A stretch of DNA of 64,000 nt, from the NCBI GenBank assembly GCA_014860625.1, contig JACZJJ010000161.1, forward strand, positions 7,120 to 71,119, read 5' to 3'. A program made the position numbers and the translations under genes. Origin of the DNA: Bacteroidales bacterium (GTDB lineage: Bacteria; Bacteroidota; Bacteroidia; Bacteroidales; FEN-979). Position 1 is the stretch's first letter. Each line of letters opens with the position of its first letter. The notes beneath the pieces were generated by a model that saw only the letters and a program-made list of their open reading frames with translations, was not told the DNA's origin and did not search any database. This document shows, one piece after another, positions 1 through 11,114 of this stretch.

Positions 1-442
1 GGATATCTCCCTGCGTCGAGATGATCAGCAGGCCGGCAAAGCTGATCAGGATAGCGACGAAACTCCATCCACTGATCTTCTGCTTGAGCAGCGGGATTGA
101 TAAAAGCACCAGCACAAGAGGCCAGATGTAGTTGAGTGTACCAGCCTCTTGCGCTTTGAGCAAATCATACGCCATCAACAAGACCACATAATACAAAAAC
201 GGGTTGAGCAACCCGAGAATCGCGGAATTGGCCCAATCACGGAGGTGAAGCCCTTGCAATAACTGCAATTTGTTCTGGAAAATCAGGATGACAAAAAGGA
301 CAATAACGGCAACAAGATTTGATAGCAGTAGCAGCTGGATAAAATCAATGTGCCGGAGCGAGATTTTCATGGCAGAGCCAATCGTACTCCAGAAAAGGAC
401 GGCACATAGGGCAAACAGGTACGCTTTTCGCTGGTTTTTCAT
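1..442 (-). CDS. EamA/DMT-family transporter, N-terminal part (the 3' end of the gene lies outside the window)
   Basis: Absent from the ORF track because there is no stop in the window. Hand translation of the reverse strand from the ATG at 440-442 gives MKNQRKAYLFALCAVLFWSTIGSAMKISLRHIDFIQLLLLSNLVAVIVLFVILIFQNKLQ...GTLNYIWPLVLVLLSIPLLKQKISGWSFVAILISFAGLLIIS, open to base 1. The successive hydrophobic helices are typical of EamA domains. Confidence 0.6.
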   Translation of the reverse strand, partial: MKNQRKAYLFALCAVLFWSTIGSAMKISLRHIDFIQLLLLSNLVAVIVLFVILIFQNKLQLLQGLHLRDWANSAILGLLNPFLYYVVLLMAYDLLKAQEAGTLNYIWPLVLVLLSIPLLKQKISGWSFVAILISFAGLLIISTQGDI

Positions 443-483
443 CCGGGAGACGAATGTACTAAATTCCGTTCATAAAAAATTCC

Positions 484-491
484 TACTTTTG
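484..491 (+). promoter_or_regulatory. Candidate Bacteroidota -7 promoter box (TACTTTTG) upstream of arcC
   Basis: Matches the TAnnTTTG consensus, 22 nt upstream of the ATG at 513. Confidence 0.4.
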
Positions 492-512
492 CCACATATA
501 TAGTATACTCTT

Positions 513-1454
513 ATGAAACTTGCTGTTGTTGCTTTAGGAGGGAATGCATTGTTGCAAAGTGGTCAGAAAGGAACGATTGACGATCAGGAAACCAATGCCA
601 AAGAGACCTCCGAATGTCTTGTAAAACTATTGAAGAGAGGGTATAACATCGTGATCACTCACGGGAATGGTCCTCAGGTTGGTAATATCATGCTGGCAAA
701 CACGGCAGGCGAAAAGATGTTTGGTATCCCTGAGATGCCTCTCGATATCTGTGTAGCCTATTCCCAGGGGTTTATCGGGTACATGATTGAACAGCAACTG
801 AAGAATGTGCTGGAAGCTCATGACATGGAGCGTGATATCATTACCATCACCACCCAGGTTCTGGTGAATAAAGATGATCCGGCATTTGAAAGGCCTACCA
901 AACCCATCGGACCCTATTATTCAAAAGAGGATGCCGAACGGATTAACAAAGAGACGGGCGCCCCCTTTTCAGAGGATTCCCGTGGCCGTGGCTGGAGAAA
1001 GGTAGTTGCTTCCCCCACACCCCTGGTGATCATGAACAAGAAGACGATCGAACGGATCGCCAGGCAAGGGCAGATTGTCATTGCCGTTGGCGGTGGCGGG
1101 ATCCCTGTTTTTTATGTCGCTCCGAACAAGCTTCAGGGCATCGATGCCGTTATCGATAAAGACCTTGCCTCTGCACTGCTTGCCTCACAGATCAATGCCG
1201 ATAAGTTTTTTATCCTGACGGATATCCCTAAGGTTTGTCTTAATTACAATACACCGGAACAGAAAAGTCTTGATCAGCTGACCATTGCAGAAGCCAAGCG
1301 TTATCTGGAAGAGGGTCAGTTCCCGGAAGGAAGCATGGGCCCGAAGATCAGGGCAGCAATTCACTTCGTTGAACGGTCGGGGAAAGACACCATCATCACC
1401 AAAACAACCATGCTGGGAATTGACAACGGCGGAACCCGGGTCACGTTGGTTTAA
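513..1454 (+). CDS. arcC: Carbamate kinase
   Basis: 313 aa. Contains VVALGGNALL, ITHGNGPQVG, GRGWRKVVASP, VGGGGIPV and AVIDKDLAS, colinear with carbamate kinases as I recall them (Enterococcus ArcC). Confidence 0.9.
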   Translation: MKLAVVALGGNALLQSGQKGTIDDQETNAKETSECLVKLLKRGYNIVITHGNGPQVGNIMLANTAGEKMFGIPEMPLDICVAYSQGFIGYMIEQQLKNVLEAHDMERDIITITTQVLVNKDDPAFERPTKPIGPYYSKEDAERINKETGAPFSEDSRGRGWRKVVASPTPLVIMNKKTIERIARQGQIVIAVGGGGIPVFYVAPNKLQGIDAVIDKDLASALLASQINADKFFILTDIPKVCLNYNTPEQKSLDQLTIAEAKRYLEEGQFPEGSMGPKIRAAIHFVERSGKDTIITKTTMLGIDNGGTRVTLV

Positions 1455-1708
1455 TGGGTAAAGACCATCTTCTTTACCTCTATCCCTTCGATTTTTCGAA
1501 GTTCTTTCATCAGCTTGACAAACTCTGACTGTTCGCCGGTGAGTTCCAACAGAACCAATCCGTGGCCTGACGTTCCGAAGTCTTTGTCTTCATTGATTCC
1601 AAACCTCGTTCGGATGGAGCAGCCAAATTTCGTCAGGGTATGCTGTACCTTTATTGAATCATGTACCCTGTCGGTTATGTGTATCCCTATTACCCATTTT
1701 TCATGCAT
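1451..1708 (-). CDS. Small ACT/NikR-C-like protein, TM1266-type putative [FeFe]-hydrogenase system regulator (paralog 1)
   Basis: 85 aa, in the same operon orientation as hydG. The pattern IGIHITDR...VQHTLTKFG..I.TRFGI...GLVLLELTG...L.KIEGIEVKKMVF resembles the TIGR03959/TM1266 family. Its stop overlaps the arcC stop (TTAA). Confidence 0.55.
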   Translation of the reverse strand: MHEKWVIGIHITDRVHDSIKVQHTLTKFGCSIRTRFGINEDKDFGTSGHGLVLLELTGEQSEFVKLMKELRKIEGIEVKKMVFTH

Positions 1709-1814
1709 GGAGAAGAAAATTACTTGTTAAATGGTTTTCGAATCGGTGTTAATGGGAAATTGATTGTGAATGACGTTCGCCAGAATATATGCCAGGAATT
1801 CATGTTCGACCTGT

Positions 1815-2075
1815 TTATATGTTAAAAACCATTCGTTGCAGTTCAATGCCTCCGATTTCTCGGAGCTCTGATTCCATTCGTTCGCACTCTTCCTGACTGC
1901 CAGTGAGTTGGAGGATAATTACGCCGACTCTGCTGCAGATATCTTCCGATACTTCATGAAAACCCAGGCGCGACTGGATCAAGTGTGAATTTTTGGTGAG
2001 AACCTCCTGGGTGCGTCCCGACTCTTTGATACGATCTCTGATTAACAGCCCTATAATTCGTATTTCATCTGTCAT
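1815..2075 (-). CDS. Small ACT/NikR-C-like protein, TM1266-type putative [FeFe]-hydrogenase system regulator (paralog 2)
   Basis: 86 aa, 2 nt downstream of hydG. Colinear with the 1451-1708 product (IIGLLIRDR...EVLTK...IQSRLG...VIILQLTG...LREIGGIELQRMVF). Confidence 0.55.
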   Translation of the reverse strand: MTDEIRIIGLLIRDRIKESGRTQEVLTKNSHLIQSRLGFHEVSEDICSRVGVIILQLTGSQEECERMESELREIGGIELQRMVFNI

Positions 2076-2077
2076 GA

Positions 2078-3508
2078 TTAAAAGTATATATCTCTTTTGC
2101 CTTCTTTGATTTGCTGAAGCTTCTCTTTGAGCTGAAATTTAAACTTATCTTCCGGCATTTCAGCCAACTTTTCGCGGATCAGGCGATTTCCTTTCTCTTT
2201 TGTTTCAGACGGAGCATAGTCCTCCAGGTATTCTGCCATTGTCATCAGGGCATTGGGCTGGCAATACCGTTTGATGAACCCGGGTACCGAGAACTCCATA
2301 AAATGCTCTCCTGTTCTGCCTAGCCTGTAGCAGGCAGTACAAAAGGATGGGATATACGATTGGTCGATAAGTTCTACCATGATCTCATCCAATGACCTGT
2401 TGTCATTGATCTGGAACTGCTCGAAGTCTATATCCTGATCCTCTCCAGCCTTCCTTTTTGAATAGCTCCCCATTTCGATATTTGTACCTCCATCGATTTG
2501 TGAGACACCAAACTGAAGAATTTCATTCCGGATGGAAGCAGGTTCCCTGGCAGTCAGGATCAACCCCGTATAGGGGACTGCCAGGCGAAGGATGGCGACC
2601 AGACGTGTAAATTCCTCATCACTAACAAGGTGTGATTTGTTTATGTTTAACTCAGAGGCATACTGAATTCTTGGGAATGAAATTGTATGAGGACCTACCT
2701 GGTAAACTGCTTCAAAGTGGTTTGTATGTCTTACCAATCCCAAAACTTCAAACCTCCAGTCATAAAGTCCGAAGAGCGCTCCGATGCCCACATCATCAAT
2801 TCCAGCCTCCTGGGCTCTGTCCAGAGCGGTCAGCCGCCAGTTAAAATCCTGTTTAATACCCCCCAGGTGAACTTTTCTGTATGTCTCTTCATGATAGGTT
2901 TCCTGGAAAATCTGATAGGTGCCTATGTTGGCATCCTTGATTATCCGGAAACCGTCAACATCGAACGGAGCAGCATTGATGTTAACCCTTCTGATTTCGC
3001 CAGGGCCCGATTTTACCGAATAGACAATTCGGGTAGTATCAGCAATAAACTGTGCGTCATATTTTGGGTGCTCACCATACACCAGGATCAATCGTTTTTG
3101 TCCGACATCTTCCAGGGCTTTAACCTGTTCTTTCAACTCTTCAGAGCTGAGCGTGGTCCTTTTAACTACCCGGTTATCTGCCTTAAAACCGCAGTAAGCG
3201 CAGTTGTTTATACAGAGATTTCCGATGTAAAGGGGTGCGAAGAGTACGATACGCTGACCATAAACTCTCTCTTTTAACTGCTTTGCTCCCTCTTTGATCT
3301 CGGCTATCAGGTCAGGTTGATTCGCGTTGATCAAAACAGCTGTCTCTTCCAACGTCAGGCGTTGTTTGTCCAGGCTTTTCGCAATGACATCCCTGACACG
3401 CTGAGGAGGCGAAGATGTATTGTTGATAAGACCCCAGATCTCGTTGGGGTCAATAAAGGGCTTCATTCGTTGGTCCTTGATAGCAAGGATCTCGGGTCGG
3501 AATATCAT
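2078..3508 (-). CDS. hydG: [FeFe]-hydrogenase H-cluster radical-SAM maturase HydG
   Basis: 476 aa. Radical-SAM Cx3Cx2C motif (CINNCAYCGF). The C-terminal auxiliary-cluster motif CTACYRLGRTGEHFMEFSVPGFIKRYCQP (CX2CX22C) distinguishes HydG from ThiH. Confidence 0.85.
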   Translation of the reverse strand: MIFRPEILAIKDQRMKPFIDPNEIWGLINNTSSPPQRVRDVIAKSLDKQRLTLEETAVLINANQPDLIAEIKEGAKQLKERVYGQRIVLFAPLYIGNLCINNCAYCGFKADNRVVKRTTLSSEELKEQVKALEDVGQKRLILVYGEHPKYDAQFIADTTRIVYSVKSGPGEIRRVNINAAPFDVDGFRIIKDANIGTYQIFQETYHEETYRKVHLGGIKQDFNWRLTALDRAQEAGIDDVGIGALFGLYDWRFEVLGLVRHTNHFEAVYQVGPHTISFPRIQYASELNINKSHLVSDEEFTRLVAILRLAVPYTGLILTAREPASIRNEILQFGVSQIDGGTNIEMGSYSKRKAGEDQDIDFEQFQINDNRSLDEIMVELIDQSYIPSFCTACYRLGRTGEHFMEFSVPGFIKRYCQPNALMTMAEYLEDYAPSETKEKGNRLIREKLAEMPEDKFKFQLKEKLQQIKEGKRDIYF

Positions 3509-3555
3509 TGTAGTTGTCTCAGGGAGTCCCTACAAATTTATGAAATATAATGGTG

Positions 3556-4449
3556 CTAGGCTTGGATTCTCTTACGGTTTAGCTCTGAAATATAGACACC
3601 GCCAATTACAATGATCATACCGAGTATCTTTTGCAGCGAAAACTGTTCGCCGAGAAGAAAAAATGCAAATACCGCGGTGAAAACGGGTATCAGGTTGGAG
3701 AAGATGTTGGCCTTGCTCACACCCAGGATCTTCACTGAATGGGCAAAGAAAACAAACGATAACGAAGAGGCAAGAATAGCAAGAAACAGGAATGAAGAGA
3801 TGATTTCCCGGGTTGGAACAACAGCGAATGCCTGCTTTGCTTCAAGGAAAAGAAACAGTGGGAGAAACAGGAAAACCCCTATCAGGTTTTGAATGGCAAC
3901 AATAAAAAGGGGTGAATAGGTTTCTGCCAGTTTTTTCAGCAGAACAGAGTACATCAGAGCCGCAAAGACAGCACCGGCCAAACATAGTATCCCAATACCC
4001 GATATCTCAAGTTGAAAGTTTCTGGAGAGGAGCATGATGGATATGCCACAAAAAGAGAGAGCAATTCCAATGAAATTGAACCATCGAAGTTTCTCACGGA
4101 ATGCGAGGTATCCTGCCAACGGTGAGAATACAGGGATGGTAGCAATGATCACTGCGGTGATTGTACTTGTTGAGTATTTAAGGCCGTAGTTCTCTCCAAG
4201 AAAGTATAAAAAAGGATTAAACAGGGCGCTGAGCAGGAACCATTTGATGTCTTTCCGAAGGATCTTATTTCCTTTGCGGAAAATAAGTATAATTGAAAGT
4301 AAGAATATGGAAGAGAGGACAAGCCTGATGAAAATTATCGTGACAGGCTGGTAATACTTCAGTAAAATCGTTGACCAGATAAAAGACATGCCCCAGAACA
4401 GCATGGCTAAAAGGGCATAAAAATAGACTGGGACGAAGGGCTTTTTCAA
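3556..4449 (-). CDS. EamA/DMT-family transporter
   Basis: 297 aa, about 10 predicted TM helices, two-fold internal EamA-like organisation. Confidence 0.8.
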   Translation of the reverse strand: MKKPFVPVYFYALLAMLFWGMSFIWSTILLKYYQPVTIIFIRLVLSSIFLLSIILIFRKGNKILRKDIKWFLLSALFNPFLYFLGENYGLKYSTSTITAVIIATIPVFSPLAGYLAFREKLRWFNFIGIALSFCGISIMLLSRNFQLEISGIGILCLAGAVFAALMYSVLLKKLAETYSPLFIVAIQNLIGVFLFLPLFLFLEAKQAFAVVPTREIISSFLFLAILASSLSFVFFAHSVKILGVSKANIFSNLIPVFTAVFAFFLLGEQFSLQKILGMIIVIGGVYISELNRKRIQA

Positions 4450-4536
4450 GGTGCGAAATTACATTTTTTAAATACTTTTATGAAAAAGTTGTAACATCAA
4501 AATTTAAGTCAAGTCATTTACCCAAAATCTTACCAG

Positions 4537-5109
4537 TTGGAGCATAACCTGAAATACATTCACCAGGATCTTGTAGAGGGATGCAAACAAGGAGACCGAA
4601 AGGCCCAGTTTAAGATTTACAAGCTATACTACAAAGCCATGTTCAATACCAGTCTCAGAATACTCAACGATACAGCGGAAGCGGAAGACAACATGCAGGA
4701 GTCGTTCCTGGATGCCTTTCGCAAGATTGAGTATTATTCAGGCGAAGGAACATTCGGCTCGTGGCTGAAGCGGATCGTTGTCAATAATGCCCTGGATACC
4801 TTGCGGAAAAGGCGCGATCAGATCTCTATCGATGATGCTGGGATCGACATTCCTGAAGAGGAGGATCAGGCTTCAGAAGAGGAGATTCAGCTTCAGGTAC
4901 AGGAGATTAAAACAGCAATCAACCAGTTGCCGGAAGAGTACCGTGTCATCATCTCTCTCTATCTTCTTGAAGGATATGACCACGAAGAGATCAGTGAAAT
5001 TCTGAATATTTCTTATAATAACAGCCGGACCAGGTTCTCCAGAGCACGTCAAAGACTGTTGGAAATTATCAGCAAAAACAGATTAACCAAAGAGATTAAC
5101 TACAATTAA
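4537..5109 (+). CDS. ECF (sigma-70 family, group 4) RNA polymerase sigma factor
   Basis: 190 aa, TTG start in the track. Region 2 (DAFRKIEYYSGEGTFGSWLKRIVVNNALD) and region 4 (LPEEYRVIISLYLLEGYDHEEISEILNISYNNSRTRFSRARQRL). Confidence 0.85.
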   Translation: MEHNLKYIHQDLVEGCKQGDRKAQFKIYKLYYKAMFNTSLRILNDTAEAEDNMQESFLDAFRKIEYYSGEGTFGSWLKRIVVNNALDTLRKRRDQISIDDAGIDIPEEEDQASEEEIQLQVQEIKTAINQLPEEYRVIISLYLLEGYDHEEISEILNISYNNSRTRFSRARQRLLEIISKNRLTKEINYN

Positions 5110-5111
5110 CC

Positions 5112-5657
5112 ATGAATAACCTCGATAAATTCATCAGAAACCACGCTGAAATGTTCGACGACCAGGAGCCGGCTGAAGGCCACTTCGACCGTTTCGAACA
5201 ACGACTGGAGAGGCAGCATGCTTCCGTTACGAGAACAGCTCCCATTCGCATGTGGATGAAAATCGCCGCTGGAATCATTATACTTATCACAGCCGGACTA
5301 GCCATATCTGACCTGGCAACCCACGATTTTTCAAAGCGAACAAACCTTCAGGAGGCTACACTCGGTCTTCCCGACGAACTGATTGAAGTACTTGATATCT
5401 ATCAACGGCGGTCCGATCAGAAAATGACGGAGTTAAACCAGCTCGCACTCAATTGTCCAAATGGATCGCAGCTCATTCAAACAACGCAAAATGAAGTGGA
5501 TCAACTCAACAAGAACATGGATAACCTGGTATCAGCATTGAAGGAGAATCCTTCCGACAACCGTGTCCAGAACGCGTTGATCCAGAATTGCAAAGCCAAA
5601 GAGTCGCTCCTGAGTGATGTGATCTTACAGGAGAAAATGAAAAAATGCAACGAATAA
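5112..5657 (+). CDS. Putative anti-sigma factor (single-pass membrane protein)
   Basis: 181 aa, starts 2 nt after the sigma-factor stop. One TM helix (IAAGIIILITAGLAI) after a short cytoplasmic N-terminus. The role is assigned from position only. Confidence 0.45.
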   Translation: MNNLDKFIRNHAEMFDDQEPAEGHFDRFEQRLERQHASVTRTAPIRMWMKIAAGIIILITAGLAISDLATHDFSKRTNLQEATLGLPDELIEVLDIYQRRSDQKMTELNQLALNCPNGSQLIQTTQNEVDQLNKNMDNLVSALKENPSDNRVQNALIQNCKAKESLLSDVILQEKMKKCNE

Positions 5658-6712
5658 TGAAAACGATGAAACAATTTAGATATAGCCTGATCCTGCTTGT
5701 CGCATTTCAGGTAGCTTCTTATGTTGCGCAGGCAGCGCAGAAAGATGGCATCCGGAAAGTCATTAAAAAAGAGTTTGCAGTTCAGCCCGATGCAACGTTG
5801 AGACTGGATAACAGATTTGGAGACATAGCATGTACCATCTGGGATAAAAATGAAATTTCGGTGGAAGTCACGTTGTCTGTCGAAACCAAGTCGCAAGAGA
5901 CAGCTGAAAAGTTCTTTTCCAAGGTCGACATTTATTCACTGGGTTCGGAATCGAAAGTTGAGGTAACGACGAAGCTGGCGAAAAACATGAACTCCAAGGG
6001 CCATTTCAGCATTGATTATAACGTGATGATGCCGGCTTCCGTTGTGCTCGACCTTTCGAATGAGTTTGGCGACGTTATGATCACCGAACTGTTTGCCAAA
6101 AGCGCAATACGTGTTGCCTACGGTAAAGCTTCTATCGGGAAACTCAACCATGGCGATAACCTGCTCAAAATCTCGTTTGGCAGTGCAACCGTTAAGTCCA
6201 TGAAAGGTGCTGTTGTATCGATGGAATTCTCCAAAATGAGACTGGATTATGCAGGAAGCCTGAGAATCAACTCGAAATATTCGGATGTTGATGCCGGTGA
6301 AGTCATCGTCATGGAAGGCACCGTTGAAGGAGGAAAAATTGACCTGCAGCAGACATCCGTGCTGACGATTGAAACCAAACTCTCGAGTTTTACTGTCGGA
6401 TCGGTAAAACAGAAAATTGTCCTTGATGCCGAATTTGGGAGCTTCAATGTTGAAACCGTGTCACCTGAGTTTAAATCACTGGTAGTTGAAAACCAGCATG
6501 GGAGCGTAGGGATTGGAATTCCTGAGACCCTGGGGTACACCCTTGATGCCAAGTCACAATTCGGATCCATTAAATTCTCAAAGACGAATGCTTCATTCTC
6601 CTTGTCAAATGTATCAGGACAGGAAGAAATCTATAAAGGAATTGTTGGTGAGAATCCAACAGCAAATGTCAAAATCAGGAATGAGTTTGGCAGTATTAAT
6701 CTGAAACCATAA
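5657..6712 (+). CDS. DUF4097-like putative beta-helical envelope protein
   Basis: The track ORF starts at 5645. I prefer the ATG at 5657 (TAATG overlap with the upstream stop), giving MKTMKQFRYSLILLVAFQVASYVAQA as the signal peptide. Repetitive FGDI/FGSI/GSV beta-strand pattern as in DUF4097 (LiaG/YvlB-like) proteins. Confidence 0.55.
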   Translation: MKTMKQFRYSLILLVAFQVASYVAQAAQKDGIRKVIKKEFAVQPDATLRLDNRFGDIACTIWDKNEISVEVTLSVETKSQETAEKFFSKVDIYSLGSESKVEVTTKLAKNMNSKGHFSIDYNVMMPASVVLDLSNEFGDVMITELFAKSAIRVAYGKASIGKLNHGDNLLKISFGSATVKSMKGAVVSMEFSKMRLDYAGSLRINSKYSDVDAGEVIVMEGTVEGGKIDLQQTSVLTIETKLSSFTVGSVKQKIVLDAEFGSFNVETVSPEFKSLVVENQHGSVGIGIPETLGYTLDAKSQFGSIKFSKTNASFSLSNVSGQEEIYKGIVGENPTANVKIRNEFGSINLKP

Positions 6713-6723
6713 AAATTAACATC

Positions 6724-7461
6724 ATGAAAACAATGAATTATTTCAAAACAATCCTTGCAATCTTCCTGCTTTCAGGAATGTCGGCTGCCGTTGCCATGCC
6801 GCTATCCAACATCCATAAAAATGAGAGTGTTCAGAAAGAGACCCGCGATGTTGGCTCCTTTACCGGAATCAAAGTTGGCGGCGCTTTCGAAGTCTTCATC
6901 AAACAATCCGGCACTCCTGGTGTTGTTGTTGAGGCCGATAGTGATATCCTCCCATATATCGTTACTGAGGTTAACGGTGGAATCCTGAAAATTGGAATGA
7001 AGAAATCCCCGCCACACCAGTGGAACAACGTGCACACCCTCAACGTCTACATTACCGTTGCAGATCTGAATGCATTGTCGCTTAGCGGGGCTGTTGAGAT
7101 TACGACACAAAGTGAAGTTAAAGGAGAGAATCTGGAGATTGAAATCAGTGGAGCTGTTGAAGCTGACCTGAATCTGAACTACCAGAAACTCAGCATGGAT
7201 GTCAGCGGAGCATGTGAAATCAAGCTCTCCGGACAAGTGCAGGAATTTAACATTGAGGCATCAGGGGCTTCAGAGCTGGATGCATTCGAATTGAATGTAA
7301 AAGATCTTTCTCTCTATGCAAGCGGAGCCTGCGAAGCCAACGTAAATGCTTCGGGTGAGTTGAAGATCTCTGCTTCAGGAGCCTGTGACGTACGTTACAA
7401 AGGTGGTGCAAGTGTCAACGCGCACACTTCAGGTGCATGCAGTGTCAAGCAGGCAAAATAA
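6724..7461 (+). CDS. DUF2807 / head-GIN-domain putative beta-helical protein
   Basis: 245 aa with a signal peptide. Contains GSFTGIKVGGAFEVFIKQSG and repeated SGA(C/V)E..L..(S/A)G units typical of DUF2807. Confidence 0.6.
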   Translation: MKTMNYFKTILAIFLLSGMSAAVAMPLSNIHKNESVQKETRDVGSFTGIKVGGAFEVFIKQSGTPGVVVEADSDILPYIVTEVNGGILKIGMKKSPPHQWNNVHTLNVYITVADLNALSLSGAVEITTQSEVKGENLEIEISGAVEADLNLNYQKLSMDVSGACEIKLSGQVQEFNIEASGASELDAFELNVKDLSLYASGACEANVNASGELKISASGACDVRYKGGASVNAHTSGACSVKQAK

Positions 7462-7464
7462 CCA

Positions 7465-9522
<2,058 letters not shown>

Positions 9523-10401
9523 TCAGAATGTTCCTATCCACTCCCAGTAATAGGTCCCTAATTCGACCGGGTTGACACACATGACAGGGATTTGTGCGTC
9601 GTTGAACATCAGTCTTTCATCCCATCCTGAGAGGCTGAAACCGGGGACATCAATGTTCGGCCTGGTCATGATCATGATCAGCTTCGCATTGTTTGTAACC
9701 GCAAAGGAGAGGACCTGATCAGCATAATCCGTCGTTTTCTCTGCGACTGTTACAGTATATTTCATTTCTGATTCATCGAAGATGTCTGTGACCTGTCTCG
9801 TGATAATATTGAGTCGGTTGTTCATGTCCGGATCCTTTTCCAGACTCTGAAAAATATTTACTTTGGCATGAAAGAGTTTGGCTATGAGTTTAGCCCATTG
9901 CACCTTCTGTCGTGGTTCAACGTCGTTACTAACCGGGAAGACAATCTCTTTGTATCCTTCCTCAAAACTTTTTTTCTGAACCACGATGACCGGAACGGGA
10001 GACTCCAGCACCACTTTCAGCGCAAAACTGCCAAATAAATGCTGCAACCCTTTTTTGCCGTGCGTTCCTAACACCATCAGGTTTGCCTTTATGTTAACGG
10101 CCACCTCGTTGATTACTGAAAAAATACTTCCCTCAACATACATGGTGTCGATTTGCACCCCTGAGTCAGTTTCATGCTGTTTTTTGTAATCAGTCAGCTT
10201 CTTTGCGATGTATGAAATGTCAAGATCCTCCTTCCTGAGTTTGGTCTTTGTCTCCCTGTTGATGACGTGGAGAATCGTAACCTTATATTTCAATGAACGG
10301 GCGAGTTCCACGCCATGGTTCACAGCATTGTCACAAACCTCGGAGAAATCGGTCGGGATCAACACAATGTTGTTGAATTTTGATTCAGTTTTTGCTTCCA
10401 T
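9523..10401 (-). CDS. Universal stress protein (tandem Usp domains)
   Basis: 292 aa. Two Usp-like halves (ILIPTDFSE...LMVLGTHGKKG and a second alpha/beta half). Confidence 0.7.
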   Translation of the reverse strand: MEAKTESKFNNIVLIPTDFSEVCDNAVNHGVELARSLKYKVTILHVINRETKTKLRKEDLDISYIAKKLTDYKKQHETDSGVQIDTMYVEGSIFSVINEVAVNIKANLMVLGTHGKKGLQHLFGSFALKVVLESPVPVIVVQKKSFEEGYKEIVFPVSNDVEPRQKVQWAKLIAKLFHAKVNIFQSLEKDPDMNNRLNIITRQVTDIFDESEMKYTVTVAEKTTDYADQVLSFAVTNNAKLIMIMTRPNIDVPGFSLSGWDERLMFNDAQIPVMCVNPVELGTYYWEWIGTF

Positions 10402-10415
10402 ATGTAACGTCTGAT

Positions 10416-11039
10416 TTATTTGATTTTTAGTTGTTGGTTGAGTGCAAGAATAGACTCCAGGTTTGCAGATTTACCCGCGTTCCTGAACTCCCTGGCAGAA
10501 CGTGTAAGGAATGTGTGCTTTGTCAGAAATTCTTCCTGAAGAAGAAACCACTCGGAGAGGGAGTAGGTGTTGATTCCAAAAAGCTGCCATTCCAGCTTAA
10601 GCCGGAAAGAATTCATAAAAAAATCATCGCTGCCAAGATAGTCCAGGTCGGCATCACAAATAATTTCCGCCAGTTGGGATGAAGCAGCCTGAGGCAATTT
10701 AGTCTGGCGGATCAGATCACAAACGGTCTCGATCTGATTCGAGCTATATTGAAATGTTTTCAAGATGTCGGCAGCCATTATGGCCGAACTCTCTTCATGG
10801 TTTTTGTAGTCGTTGAGCATCCCGGCATCATGGTATAAGGCAGCGGTTTCAACCAGCCGTTGATCTTCTTCAGCAATATTTTCATGCAAAGAGAGTCTGG
10901 AAGCCGAATGGAAAACATCAATCGTATGGCTGTACGAATGGTATACGAGCCGCGTATCTAATTCATGTTCAAGGCGGTGCAATATATAACCGCTGGCACC
11001 TTCAAAATCCATCCGGGTAATTTTCTCGTAAAAATACAA
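10416..11039 (-). CDS. HD-domain phosphohydrolase
   Basis: 207 aa. H...HD signature (YHSYSHTIDV ... ALYHDAG) with downstream DADLDYLG. Confidence 0.7.
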   Translation of the reverse strand: MYFYEKITRMDFEGASGYILHRLEHELDTRLVYHSYSHTIDVFHSASRLSLHENIAEEDQRLVETAALYHDAGMLNDYKNHEESSAIMAADILKTFQYSSNQIETVCDLIRQTKLPQAASSQLAEIICDADLDYLGSDDFFMNSFRLKLEWQLFGINTYSLSEWFLLQEEFLTKHTFLTRSAREFRNAGKSANLESILALNQQLKIK

Positions 11040-11053
11040 AAATAGTAGTTAGC

Positions 11054-11109
11054 GATCAGGGATCAGGGATTAGGGATTAGGGAACAGGGAATTACTGACA
11101 ACTGCCAAC
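11054..11109. repeat. Heptamer tandem array (GATCAGG x2, GATTAGG x2, GAACAGG, GAATTAC, TGACAAC, TGCCAAC)
   Basis: Read directly. It fills most of the 75-nt spacer between the rpe stop (11115) and the HD-gene start (11039). On the transcribed (minus) strand the GATCAGG/GATTAGG units read CCTGATC/CCTAATC, giving a TGA or TAA every 7 nt. Confidence 0.9.
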
Positions 11110-11114
11110 TGTTT

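Noticed and set aside
270-503. 77-aa + strand ORF in the track.
   Set aside because: It lies antisense to a continuous, clearly membrane-protein-like reverse-strand reading frame (EamA-type, 1-442). Its sequence is compositionally odd and has no recognisable features.
513-3508. A functional link between carbamate kinase and HydG (carbamoyl phosphate as a CN source, by analogy with [NiFe]-hydrogenase maturation).
   Set aside because: The genes are convergent (stops overlap at TTAA), so they are not an operon. HydG is known to make CO/CN from tyrosine. Adjacency alone does not support the idea.
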